Assembly: GCF_030028105.1 (NCBI RefSeq)
Contig: NC_092383.1
Coordinates: 86,943,921 to 87,007,920 of the forward strand
From: Mobula birostris
Taxonomy: Eukaryota
Direction: 5' to 3'
Length of the DNA stretch: 64,000 bases
Part shown: positions 35,750-46,939 of the stretch, one piece after another
How positions within the stretch are numbered: position 1 is the first letter of the stretch
Layout of the letters: each line of letters opens with the position of its first letter
Notes under the pieces: generated by a model
What the model was told of the DNA's origin: nothing
The model's database searches: none
Seen by the model: the letters and a program-made list of their open reading frames with translations, nothing else
Program-made: the position numbers and the translations under genes

Positions 35750-38100
35750 TGAAGGTAAATACGGACATGCGAGGGGAGTTGGCCTGAATTGATTGGAAAA
35801 GAACACTGCAGGGATGGCAGTACAGTAGCAATGGGTGAAATTTCTGGAAGCAATTCAGAAGGCACAAGATATTTACATACCAAAGAGGAAGAAGTATTCT
35901 AAATGAAAGATGCACAACCATGAACAAGAGAAGTCAAAGCCAACATAAAAGCCAAAGAGAGGGCATATAATAGAGAAAAGATTAGTGGGAACTTAGAAGA
36001 TGGCGAAGCTTTTAAAAATCAACAGAAGATAACTAAAAAAGTCATTAAGAAGATAAAGATGGAATACAAAAGTAGAATAGCCAACAACATTAAAGAGGAC
36101 ACCAAAAGTTTCTATAGATACATTAAGTGTAAAAGAGAGGCAAGAGTGGATATTGGACTGCTGGAAAATGATGCTGAAGAGATATAGTGGGTGACAAGGA
36201 AATGGAGGATGAACTGAACAAGTATTTTGCATCAGTGTTCGCTGTGAAAGACATTTGCAGTATGCTGGAAATTCAGGTGGGTCAGAGGGCAGAAGAGTGT
36301 GAAGTTGCCATTACTAAGCAGAAAGTTCTTGGGAAACTGAAAGGTCTGAAAGTAAATAAATCACCTGGACCAGATGGTATAACATGAGGTTCTGAAAGAA
36401 GCGTCTGAAGAAATTGTGGAGGCATAAGTAGTGATCTTTCAAGAATCAATTGCTTCAGGAATGGTTCTGAAGGAATGGAAAATTTCAAATGTCACCCCAC
36501 TCTTCAAAAAGAGAGAGAGACAGAAGAAAGGAAATTATAGGCCAGTTAGTCTGACCTCAATGGTTGGAACGATGTTGGAGTTGATTGTTAAAGATGTGGT
36601 TTCAGAATACTTGGAGGCACATGATAAAATAATCCATAGTCAGCATGGTTTCCTTAAGGGAATATCTTGCCTGAAAAATTTGTTGGAATTCTTTGAAGAA
36701 ATAACAAGCAGGATAGACAAAGTTGATGTTGTGTATGTGGATTTTCAGAAGGCCTATGACAAGGTGCCACACATGAGGCTGATTAACAAGCTATGAGCCA
36801 ATGGTATTACAGGGAAGATTCTAGCATGGATAAAGCAGTGGCAGAGGACGCAAAGAGTGGGAATAAAGGGAGTCTTAATATCACAAACAAGAGATAATGT
36901 GTAGATGAGTAGCTGAGTACTCCTCAGCATTTTTCTCCAGTCCTGCAAAAGAGTTTTGGCCCGAAATGTTGACTGTGCTTTTTGCCATAGATGCTGCCTG
37001 GCCTGCTGAGTTCCTCCAGCATTTTGTGTGTGTTGATAAAGGGAGTCTTTTCTGGTTGGCTGCCAATGGTTAATGGTGTTACACAGGGGTCTGTGTTGGG
37101 ACGAATTCTTTTTACCTTGTATGTCAATGATTTGGATGATGGAATTGATATCTTTGTTGCAAAGATTGCAGACGATATGAAGATAGGTGGAGGGTCAGGT
37201 AGTTTTGAGAAAGTAGAGAGGCTACAGAAGGAATTAAACAGATTAGGAGAATGGTTGAAGAACTGGCAGATGGAATACAGTGTAGGGAAGTTTATGGTCA
37301 TGCACTTTGGTAGAAGAAATGAAAGTGTTGACCATTTTCTAAATGGAGAATAAATACAAAAACCTGAGACACAAAGGAACATGGGAGTCCTTGTGTGGGA
37401 TTCTCTAAAGGTTAATTTGCAGCTTGAGTCTCTGGTGAGAAAGGCAAATGCAATGTTAATTTTCATTTCAAGAATACTGGAATATAAACACAAGGATGTA
37501 ATGTTGAAACTTTATAAAGTGCTGGTGAGGCCTTACTTGGAGTATTGTGAGCAGGTCTGGGCACCTAATCTTAGAAAGGATGTGCTCAGCTGGAGAGGGT
37601 TCAAAGGAGGTTCACATAAATGTTTACAGGATTGATTGGCTTCTCATATAAAGAGTGTCTGTTGGCTCTGGGTCTGTATTCATTAGGATTCAAAAGAATA
37701 AGGGATGACCTAATTGAAAACTATCAAAAGGTGTAAAGCCTTGACAGAGTAGAGGTAGAGAAGATGTTTCCTATGGTGGAAGAATTAAAGACCAGTGGAC
37801 TCAACCTAAGAATAAGGGGTAGGGGTGTCCTTTCAGAACATAGACAAGGAAGGATTTCTTTCAACAGAGGGTGGTTCATTTGTGGAACTCTTTGCCACAG
37901 GTAGCTGTGGAGTCCAAGCCTTTATCTGTATTTAAGACAGGGATTGATAGATTCTTGATCGATCAGGGCATGAAAAAATACTGGGAAAAGGTAGGAGATT
38001 GGGGCTGAGAGAAAATTTAGATCAACCATGATGAAATGGTGGAGCAGTCTCGATGGGCCAAGTGGCCTAATTCTGTTCCTATATCTATGGTCTTATAGAA
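35750..38100 (+). mobile_element. CR1 LINE ORF2 (RT), 5'-truncated and degraded
   Basis: ORFs 36187-36387, 36431-36796 (NYRPVSLTS..QHGFLKG..YVDFQKAYDKVPH), 36991-37353 (QGSVLG..KIADDMK), 37381-37635, with tail near 38090. Confidence 0.92.
36877..37035. mobile_element. Penelope-derived short element inserted in the CR1 RT
   Basis: 14-bp TSD ataaagggagtctt (36863-36876 and 37036-37049). Confidence 0.85.
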
Positions 38101-39584
38101 TATGACATGATATCCTTCACCTGTTATGTGAGGATGTGAAGCAATAACACCAGAGTCTGTTTGGAGCTCATGAGTTCTTCGGGTCAGGGTTACCTGATGT
38201 GTGTGGATAGCTGGAGATAATTCCAGATGCAGTGGTCCCACTTGTGAATCAGGACCTGTTATACCTGAGATAATTAATTGTGCAAGGGAAGAAACTTGCT
38301 TTCTTTATTTATGCTGCAAAACAACAAACTTCACATCTGATTCTGACTCTGAACGGGACCCTTTCCCTTTCCGAGGACATCCAAAAGCAATTCCAAAAGG
38401 ATATGGTTGTAACTTGTGTATCTTTACTTACAAAACAGAATTTAGGGAAGGACCAATGGATGGCTCATGTAAACAAATTGTTCCATCCTCTTCCTGCATT
38501 GCTCCATCTCTTAACACCATAGACCAGAAGACCAGAGACACAAAGATGTTTTGTATCTCTGCACTTGCTCACATCAGCGTATTGAACCATGGTTGTTGAG
38601 AAGTTTTCCAAGAAGTGATAGGGCCATGCAGGAAGAGACCACATTTGTCTATTTGTAGCATCCATTGGTACTTCTCAATATTCTGTTTGGTAAGACAAGT
38701 AAAGAAGACAGGGGTTCTAACCACATCCGTTGCTGAGGGTGAACATTACACAGATGGCAGGAGTGGTTGATGCAATGGAGTTAGCACTCATATTATACAA
38801 CGTACAACATTAAAGCAGATAACATTCATGGATAGTATGCTGCACTGTTTTCCCCTAAAACAAATGTAACAAACCCAAAGTAACAAAGGCTGTCCGTGTA
38901 TCATGAATTATTTTATCATTTGTCTATTTATATACAATGTGAAATTAAGTGTTTATAAACAATTGCAAAGCCAGCAACAAAAAAATCAGGGAAATATAAA
39001 TGAGCTACATTCTTGGGTCACCTCAACCCTCACATTCCAATGAAATCAAGATTGAACAATGAAACTACACACACAAAATGCTGGAGGAGCTCAGCAGGTC
39101 AGGCAGCATCTATGGATAAGAATAGATAGTCAACAATTTGGACCACTACAGTTAATTTCATGATGTACACTATGTTGGTGATATGAAACTTGATTTTGAT
39201 TCTGATTCTGCATTACTTCTCCGATATGTGTGACATGTGAGAATTGTTGTACTGCCTTGTACTGAAGCTCTCCTCAGACTTCATCTGCCCCAGGGAATTG
39301 CACAGCATGAATCTGGATAGATCACACTTTGAGTAACATTGGAAGATCTAACCATCATCACAGGTATATTGGGAAACTAGCAATGGTGAAGATGAGCAAA
39401 GGTATACAGGGTCTGGTGCAAAGGAGACCATTGGGGTGAGATAGGTAAGATAGAAATGTCTTCTCCTTGGACAAGTATGACCTATACATTTACTGTGCCC
39501 TACGATTCTATGGGAAATAGAAACAACAGGGGTTGTTTATTCACACAGACCATTTCCTGTCAAAATGGTGTTGATCTGGTTTAA

Positions 39585-40801
39585 TGAAAAATCTGTTTTT
39601 TTAAAGAAAGGGGCTTCCCTTCCTCCACCGTTTCTCAGGAGGAGGCTTTTCATTCCAGGACGAGGGAGATGCCCTCCTTTTTTAAAGAAAGGGGCTTCCC
39701 TTCCTCCACCATCAACTCTGCTCTCAAACGCATCTCCCCCATTTCACGCACATCTGCTCTCACTCCATCCTCCCGCCACCCCACTAGAAATAGGGTTCCC
39801 CTGGTCCTCACCTACCACCTCACCAGCCTCCGGGTCCAACATATTATTCTCCTTAACTTCCGCCACCTCCAACGGGATCCCACCACTAAGCACACCTTTC
39901 CCTCCCCCCCCTCTGCTTTCCACAGGGATTGCTCCCTACGCGACTCCCTTGTCTGTTCATACCCCCCATCCCTCCCCACTGATCACCCTCCTGGCACTTA
40001 TCCGTGTAAGCGGAACAAGTGCTACACATGCCCTTACACTTCCTCCCTTACCACCATTCAGGGCCCCAGACAGTCCTTCCAGGTGAGGCAACACTTCACC
40101 TGTGAGTCGGCTGGGGTGATATACTGCGTCCGGTGCTCCCGATGTGGCCTTCTATATATTGGCGAGACCCGACGCAGACTGGGAGACCGCTTTGCTGAAC
40201 ATCCACGCTCTGTCCACCAGAGAAAGCAGGATCTCCCAGTGGCCACACATTTTAATTCCACATCCCATTCCCATTCTGACATTCTATCCACGGCCTCCTC
40301 TACTGTAAAGATGAAGCCACACTCAGGTTGGAGGAACAACACCTTATATTCCGTCTGGGTAGCCTCCAACCTGATGGCATGAACATTGACTTCTCTAACT
40401 TCCGCTAATGCCCCACCTCCCCCTCGTACCCCATCCGTTATTTATTTTTATACACACATTCTTTCTCTCCCTCTCCTTTTTCTCCCTCTGTTCCTCTGAC
40501 TATACCCCTTGCCCATCCTCTGGGTTCCCCCCCCCCTTGTCTTTCTCCCCGGGCCTCCTGTCCCACGATCCTCTCATATCCCCTTTGCCAATCACCTGTC
40601 CAGCTCTTGGCTCCATCCCTCCCCCTCCTGTCTTTTCCTATCATTTTGGATCTCCCCCTCCCCCTCCCACTTTCAAATCTCTTACTAACTCTTCCTTCAG
40701 TTAGTCCTGACGGAGGATCTCGGCCTGAAATGTCGACTGTACCTCTTCCTAGAGATGCTGCCTGGCCTGCTGCGTTCACCAGCAACTTTGATGTGTGTTG
40801 C
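39585..40801 (+). mobile_element. Penelope-like element, 5'-truncated, with GIY-YIG endonuclease ORF and 3' pLTR
   Basis: ORF 39669-40382 (FKERGFP..CKRNKCYTC..FTCESAGVIYCVRCSRCGLLYIGETRRRLGDRFAEH..PVATHFN). 14-bp TSD ttgatctggtttaa (39571-39584 and 40802-40815). Empty site near 17030. Degenerate hammerhead at 40703-40738. Confidence 0.93.
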
Positions 40802-42257
40802 TTGATCTGGTTTAAGAACAGATCTGATGTGGATTTTACCCTTGTGAATGTGCAATTCCAATCAGTTGGTTTCCCCTCACATCTAACTGAAGCAAAGTGA
40901 AGTCCCATCAGAGGTCCTGAAATTGCACCTATAGATGGAATAGAATTCAGAAGAAGTAAGCTTTAAAAGTTGCTTCATATAGTGGAATCAGCCTTCAGAG
41001 AGGAGAGGGAATGAAGCCAAGTATGTCTGCTGAGTTTGCATGAAAAGCCCCTTCTACATCAAACCTATTTCCCATTTTACTCCTTCCTCAGCAGCAAGTT
41101 CCCAAAAACAGGTTTGATAGAATGATCACAACACACGCAAAAACCTGGAGGAACTCAGCAGGTCAGGCAGCATGTATGGAAAACAGTAAACAGTCGACCT
41201 TTCAGGCCAAGACCATTCATCAGGTCTCATGTCATGTTTTTCTTGTGTCTCTTGTTTGTTTGAATTGTCACCAAGGCAGGTCCAGAACGATGTACAGATC
41301 TTGTGGTGCAAGTCCATAACTCCCTGAGATTTGGAACAGAGGGGGATGGTAAAGTAGGTGGTAAAGAGGGCTTCTGTCATTGGATGAGCATTGAACATTC
41401 AAGAATTCATGTTGCAGAAGAGATTCATCAGATTGGTGCCTTTATTAGAGGACCAAAAGACCAAAGGCATAGGTGCAAAATTAGGCCCTCTCCACCCCAT
41501 TCACCTGCCTTCTCCCACAACTTTTGACACCTTCAATAATCAAGAACCTATCAACCTCCATTTCAAATATATCCAATGACTTGGCCTGAACTGCCATCTG
41601 TGGAAGTGGATTCACAGATTCATCACCATATGCCTGAAGAAATTCCTCCTCGTCTCTGTTCTAAAGGAATGGCCTTGTACTCTGAGGCTGTGTCATCTAG
41701 TTGTAGACTCCCCTACTACAGGAAACATCCTCTCCACATTCACTCTATATAGGCCTTTCAATATTCAATGAGACTCCCTCCCCATTCTTCTAATCTCCAG
41801 TGGGAACAGACCCAGAGCCATCGAATGCTCCTGTGGGCTGGATTATGGGTGATGTAACTTTCTACTCATACTCACAAAACTCAACATGAGCTTGTTCCCT
41901 TTCCACAATTAACTTTTCACCATGAACACTTTCCCCAGTGACACACCACAGCTAACATTTTAATCAAGCAAAAAATAAAAGATCTGGAGGAATCCGGTGG
42001 AATCTGTGGAGGCAGAATAGTCAACATTTCAGATTACCATTTACCATTGCTTCAGATTAGAACATACACTTGTGTCCAATATCTCAACTCTGCTCACCAT
42101 CTTGTTCAGTCTTTGAGAATTATTTAATTGTTTCTGTCTTAGTAATATAACTGAAAATGTTTCGATTGTCACATACCACAGTTGGTCACTGTGGTTTTCT
42201 GATCAAACCTCCTGCTGCCTTGTCTCTCATTTTTATTTCATTGTTATTTCTCTCTAG

Positions 42258-42328
42258 GTCTGATGCGTCATGGCTGATTTTCTGTGAACAAAATACTGTG
42301 GACTTCGATTCTAGTGGTTTCCTGCCCA
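42258..42328 (+). pseudogene. Probable leader (signal peptide) exon of pseudogene C
   Basis: Strong acceptor (tttctctctag) and donor gtgagt at 42329. It reads ATA-CTG-TGG-ACT-TCG-ATT-CTA-GTG-GTT.., resembling a signal peptide start with ATG changed to ATA and a 1-nt frameshift before the phase-1 join to the V exon. Confidence 0.55.
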
Positions 42329-42351
42329 GTGAGTGACAACTTGCGCTGGAC

Positions 42352-42359
42352 ATTTGCAT
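42352..42359. promoter_or_regulatory. Octamer motif ATTTGCAT just 3' of the leader exon; also kept at the paralogous position 17579-17586
   Basis: Exact octamer in both duplicates. Function not shown. Confidence 0.4.
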
Positions 42360-42835
42360 AATCAGTATTGGTTTGGGGATCGTACACCATTTCCAGAACA
42401 GAGCTTGAATACTTGTAGACACGAAAGATATTGAGAACTGGAGTTCAGAGTACACTCTAGAGGAACTCAGTGGGTCAAGCAACATCTGTAAAGGGGAGGG
42501 GAAATGTCAATGGTTTGGGTCAAGGCTTTGCATCAGAGGGAGATAGGGTAATTAGGAGAGAGGGAGAGGTGTGAGACAGGGTAGAGAGCCCTGGGTTTCT
42601 GCTCAGGACTCTGGAGTGGGAAGTGAACCCACAATGTACTGACACAGGGGAGAGAGCACTGACACAGCTGACACAGTAACAGCACTGACTGCAATTCACA
42701 ACAAAATTATTGGCTGTGGTGTCATGGTCAACATGCTGAATGTGACCTGGACATGGTTTTTAATGTCATGTTCAAAGATAACTTTTTTGCATTAAGTTGT
42801 TCCTTTCCCCTCAAATCTGAAAATACCTTCCTCAG

Positions 42836-43156
42836 TTTCAGGTGCATTGTGGGCAGAGAAATATGTAAGAGGAGTTGTGGGAAGAGTGACCACAACTGAT
42901 TGCAACTATAAAGCAAAGTACCGCTTCCACACAAAGTATTGGTGCCATGGATGGACTTACCATTGTGCAACTATAGTGGAAACAAATGGGCAACATGGAT
43001 GGAGTGGATGAGTGTTAGTCACAGATAACCCAGAATGGGGAATATTTTCTGTTACCATGGAGGATCTTCACTCTGGAGATACAGGATGGTATAGATATGG
43101 GATTTCAACAACAGGTCATGATCCAATATTTAATGTACATCCATAAGTATTTAATA
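42836..43156 (+). pseudogene. Pseudogene C: V-type Ig exon
   Basis: 321 nt, collinear with 3125-3445: VSGALWAEKYVRGVVGRVTTTDCNY..KYWCHGWTYHC. Stops TGA 43009-43011 and TAA 43144-43146. The F-strand Cys is changed to Tyr (43096-43098). Donor gtaggt at 43157. Confidence 0.93.
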
Positions 43157-43482
43157 GTAGGTTTCTTAGTGAATAATTTTTCAATGAACTAAATGTCTCA
43201 TCCATGTTTCCTCTGGGAAGGGTCAGTGTATTAGATGTCCTGGGGAGTGACGATGTGCTGATCCCAGGGTTAAGCTTGTTGAATGGATAGATGTCCATCT
43301 CATGGATGTGTCTGAAGAACAGCAATCTCTTCCTCCTCCTGCTCAGCCTCAGGATAGAGTACCAGATTTTTGTCCAGACCCTGTCCATCCCTCAGTATCT
43401 CTGCATTAATATCAGTGTCAAATGTTTCCCTGTCTGTGGCAGGACACTAAACCTAGTCACAATTTCATTTTCCTCTCAAAGC

Positions 43483-44030
43483 CACTGAACATTTTATTAG
43501 GTACCTCCTATGCCTAATAAAGTGACCACTGTATGTTCATGGTCTTCTGCTGCTGTGACCCACTCACTTTAAGCTTCGATGTATTGTGTGTTCAGATGCT
43601 CTTCAGCACTGTCATAACGTGTGGTTATTTGAATTCTTGCCATCATTCTGTCAGCCTGAATTAGTCTGGCCATTCCTCTTTGATTTCTCTCATTAACAAG
43701 CCATTTTTCTCACAAAATTCCTGCTCACTGGACTCTTGTTTGTTTTAGGCAGCACTCTCTGCAAACTCTAGAGACTGCTGTATGTGCAAATCCCACAATA
43801 TCAACAGTTTCTTGGGTACTCACGCCTCTCTGTCTGGCATCAACTATCATTCCACAATCAAAGTCACTAAGATCACACTTCCTCCCTATTCTGATTGCCT
43901 AATCAACAACCGAATCTTTTGATTATATCTGTCTGCTTATGTTGACTGTGTTGCAGCCACATGATTGACTAATTAAATATTTTAATTAATGAACAGATGA
44001 ATAGGAGTACCTAATAAAGTGGCAGATCAG
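43483..44030. mobile_element. Tc1-type non-autonomous element
   Basis: Terminal sequences of the ttattaggtacc / ggtacctaataaagtgg type. Internal sequence resembles 28490-28790 and 53990-54330. Confidence 0.65.
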
Positions 44031-44084
44031 AGTTTAATTTTCAAATGTTCATTCAGTGTCTGAAAATTGAATTCCTCCCCACAG

Positions 44085-45021
44085 AACCTGTGTCTGTCAC
44101 CAGTGTAATGCCCTGGTTCACATCTTTACTGCTTTGCTGTATGTATTTCATTTGGCAGCTCTATGAGAGCTGCTGTTCCGCTTTCAGCCTGTTTGGATTA
44201 TTGTTGAAGATAAGGGATGATGTGGAGTGTGTGGCATCCAATTATCAGGAAGTTTTTTTGATGTGGGACAAAAGGTTGGTCTTGGGGCTTTTGTTCAAGA
44301 GGAGATGAAGAGAGAAGATGTTGGGAAGAACCGGTCGTAGCATACAATCTGGTGGGAGGCCTGTTTGTTCGAGGTGGATTGCAAGCGATGTTCGGAAGGT
44401 GGTGTGTGCTTTCACGTGACCGAGGGCTCAGTGCGTGAGTGACAGAGAAGTTCAAGATGAGCTCCAACATGTGCACATTCAACTGGTTAATTGGAATGGG
44501 CCTTTCTTTTTGTTATTCTTTCCTAACACTTCAGTAAAGATTCATAAATATAATTCCCTTAATCGTATGCAATATACTGTCTGTTACTTTGTTGATTTGT
44601 AACAGGGTAGCAAATGACACAACATCCACACAAACTGAGGTTTGGGAGGGATCAAGCATGCCTCAATGTCATGAGTTTGGCTGGACCAGAGATTGTCTTT
44701 CCTAGACTTACACAGCTGAGGAAACCAAATCGTTTACCAGCAAATGTCTCCCATCTTGGGGGCTCGGTGTCAGTGTCCTATGACTCTCTCCAGAGATCTC
44801 TTCCCATTCGGTACACTTGGTATGAACAAGCCTCATCCGAGCATCTGAACATCTCAGATACTAATGAACTGGCTTTGCACTGTCAATCCTTAGACATCCA
44901 GCCCCCACAAATCACTGCAGTGTCTCAAATAGGCTTGGAGAAAAACACAACAGAACGGTTAATGTGGCAATCTTCAACAACAGAGAGATCTGCAGATATG
45001 AGATGGAAATCAATAGCACCG
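44085..45021 (+). pseudogene. Pseudogene C: second Ig (C2-like) exon, split by an LTR
   Basis: Acceptor ctccccacag, EPVSVT, [LTR 44104-44712], QLRKPNRLPANVSHLGGSVSVSYDS..PIRYTWYEQ..ELALHCQSL, frameshift near 44905, HCSVSNRLGEKHNRTVNVAIFNNREICRYEMEINST, donor gcaagt at 45022. The B-strand Cys is changed to Tyr. Confidence 0.8.
44104..44712 (+). mobile_element. Solo LTR (609 bp) inside the C2 exon
   Basis: Termini TGTAA...TTACA, with cag on both flanks (a clean 4-bp TSD is not evident). Coding sequence resumes immediately after 44712. Confidence 0.75.
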
Positions 45022-45299
45022 GCAAGTTCTAATTTTAAGGGAGGATCATTTAAATGTTTTTTTTTGTTACTCTGTTACTGCTGCTGTTATACTTCTAGTG
45101 AGGGTAAGGAATTTCTTTGCATTTGTAGAAGCTACACATTGCAGCCTCCATGGGGTAGAAAGAAAGTGCAGTGAACGGTTAAGTCTGTCACCTCCTCCAG
45201 GAAGATGCTGAGCATCTCAAAAATTGTTGGACTTGTACATCCAGACAAGTTGAGAGCATTCCATTCATACATCTGGTTTCTGTATTGAATATGCTAGAA

Positions 45300-46160
45300 T
45301 AAGTGTTGAGTTGTGAGACAGTGACACTGTCATAAAAATGAAAGGAAGGTCCTATAATATGGTAAAACTTAGTGAGAAGTCAGAGAATTGGGAAGCTTTT
45401 AAAAACCAACAGAAGGCTACATGAAAAGCGATAAGGAGAGAAAAGATGAAATATAAAGGGAAGCAAGCCAATAATATAAAAGACATGACCAAAATATTTT
45501 CAGACATATGAAGAGTAAAAGCGAAGCAACAGTGGATATCAGATTACTGGATAATGACGCTAGAGAGATAGTAATAATGACAGATGAGGAAATAAAGGAC
45601 ACACCCAATAAATATTTTGCAAAGTTTTTTCACTGAGGAAGACACAAGCAGTATGACACAAAGTAGGCATTATCAGAAGTGAGTGCATTTGTTACTGTAG
45701 AGAAGGAGCTTGGAAGTTAGATAAGTCACCAGGACCAAATAGACAAAACACCAGGAGATTTCATGATACTTGAAGGCACATGACAAAATATGGTTTCCTT
45801 ATGGGCAAATATTGCTTGAAAAATCAGATGGAATTCTTTAAGGAAATTACCAGCAGAATCAACAAAGACGAGTCAGTGGATATTGTTGACTTGGATTTTT
45901 AGAAGGCCTTTGACATGGTGCCACACATGAGGCTGCTAAACAAAATAAGAAGCCTTTGTATTACTGGAAAGATTCTAGCGTGGATAGAAGATTTGCTGAC
46001 TGGCAGGAGGCAAAGACTGTGAATAAAGGATGCCTTCTGTTTCCTAAGAGTGACATGTGCTGTTCTGTAGTGGTCTGTGTTAGGACCGCTTCTTTTCATA
46101 TTTTATCTCAATGATTTGGATGACAGTATTGATGGCTTTGTGGCCAAGTTTGGGGACAAT
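45300..46160 (+). mobile_element. Degraded CR1 ORF2 fragment
   Basis: Remnants such as gatttt-agaaggcctttgacatggtgccacacatgaggctg and gatttggatgac..gtggccaagtttg. The antisense ORF 45899-46099 is the usual shadow. Confidence 0.75.
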
Positions 46161-46348
46161 AAAGTCAAACTCGAAGTCAAAATTTGCATAGTTTCTTGGC
46201 CATTGATCCTGTTCACAGTTACTGTTCTATAGGTTTGCTAAGTATACTGGTAGAAAAAGAATCTCATGGTAGGATGTGGTGACATGTACGTACTCGATAA
46301 TAATTATTTACTTTGACTTTGTCTTTGAATGATAGATAGATAGATAGT

Positions 46349-46600
46349 TGCCTGAATGACTATCGACCTGTGGCTCTGACATCAATTGCTATGAAGTGCT
46401 TCGAGAGATTGGTTATGGCATACATCAACCACAGCCTACCAGTCAACCTCGACACCTTGCAATCCGCCTACCGGAGCAACAGGTCAACGGCAGATGCCAT
46501 CTCTCTGGCCCTACATTCCTCCTTAGAACACCTGGAGAATAAAGACGCATACATAAGGCTCCTTTTCATTGACTACAGCTCTGCCTTTAATACCATCATA
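46349..46600 (+). mobile_element. Rex1/Babar LINE RT fragment after a (gata)n tract
   Basis: [64 protein letters not shown]. Confidence 0.88.
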
Positions 46601-46939
46601 AATGTTAATGTCTGTAATGGCCATGGAATTGTGTATTTTCCAGAATCCAAGCAAAGGCAACAATGAAACCCAGGTACAGACATGAAGTATAAATTATCTG
46701 AATGCTTCAGAATATTTAACAATTGGATTACATTGGAGCTTACAGGTCATTCATCCCCACTAGTCCAGTCCAGTATTAATATTGGACACAAACTTCCGAA
46801 CACTCCTCTCATTGAATCCCATCAGCATATCCTTCCAGTTATTTGTCCCTTTCTCTCATGCTTATCCAGCTTTTCCTTAAGCCTATCCATAATATTTTAT
46901 GTGACTATTCTTCAAAGTGGCAAAGAATGTGAAGACAAA

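Noticed and set aside
38201-38665. Cys-rich ORFs (38201-38599 plus, 38465-38665 minus) in duplicated flank DNA
   Set aside because: No recognisable domain. The frames are not preserved in the paralogous copy at 15650-15900, and there are stops in all candidate frames.
45129-45177. Possible small exon after the C2 exon (EATHCSLHGVERKCSE)
   Set aside because: It has plausible splice sites but no counterpart in gene A or the other units, so it is unsupported.
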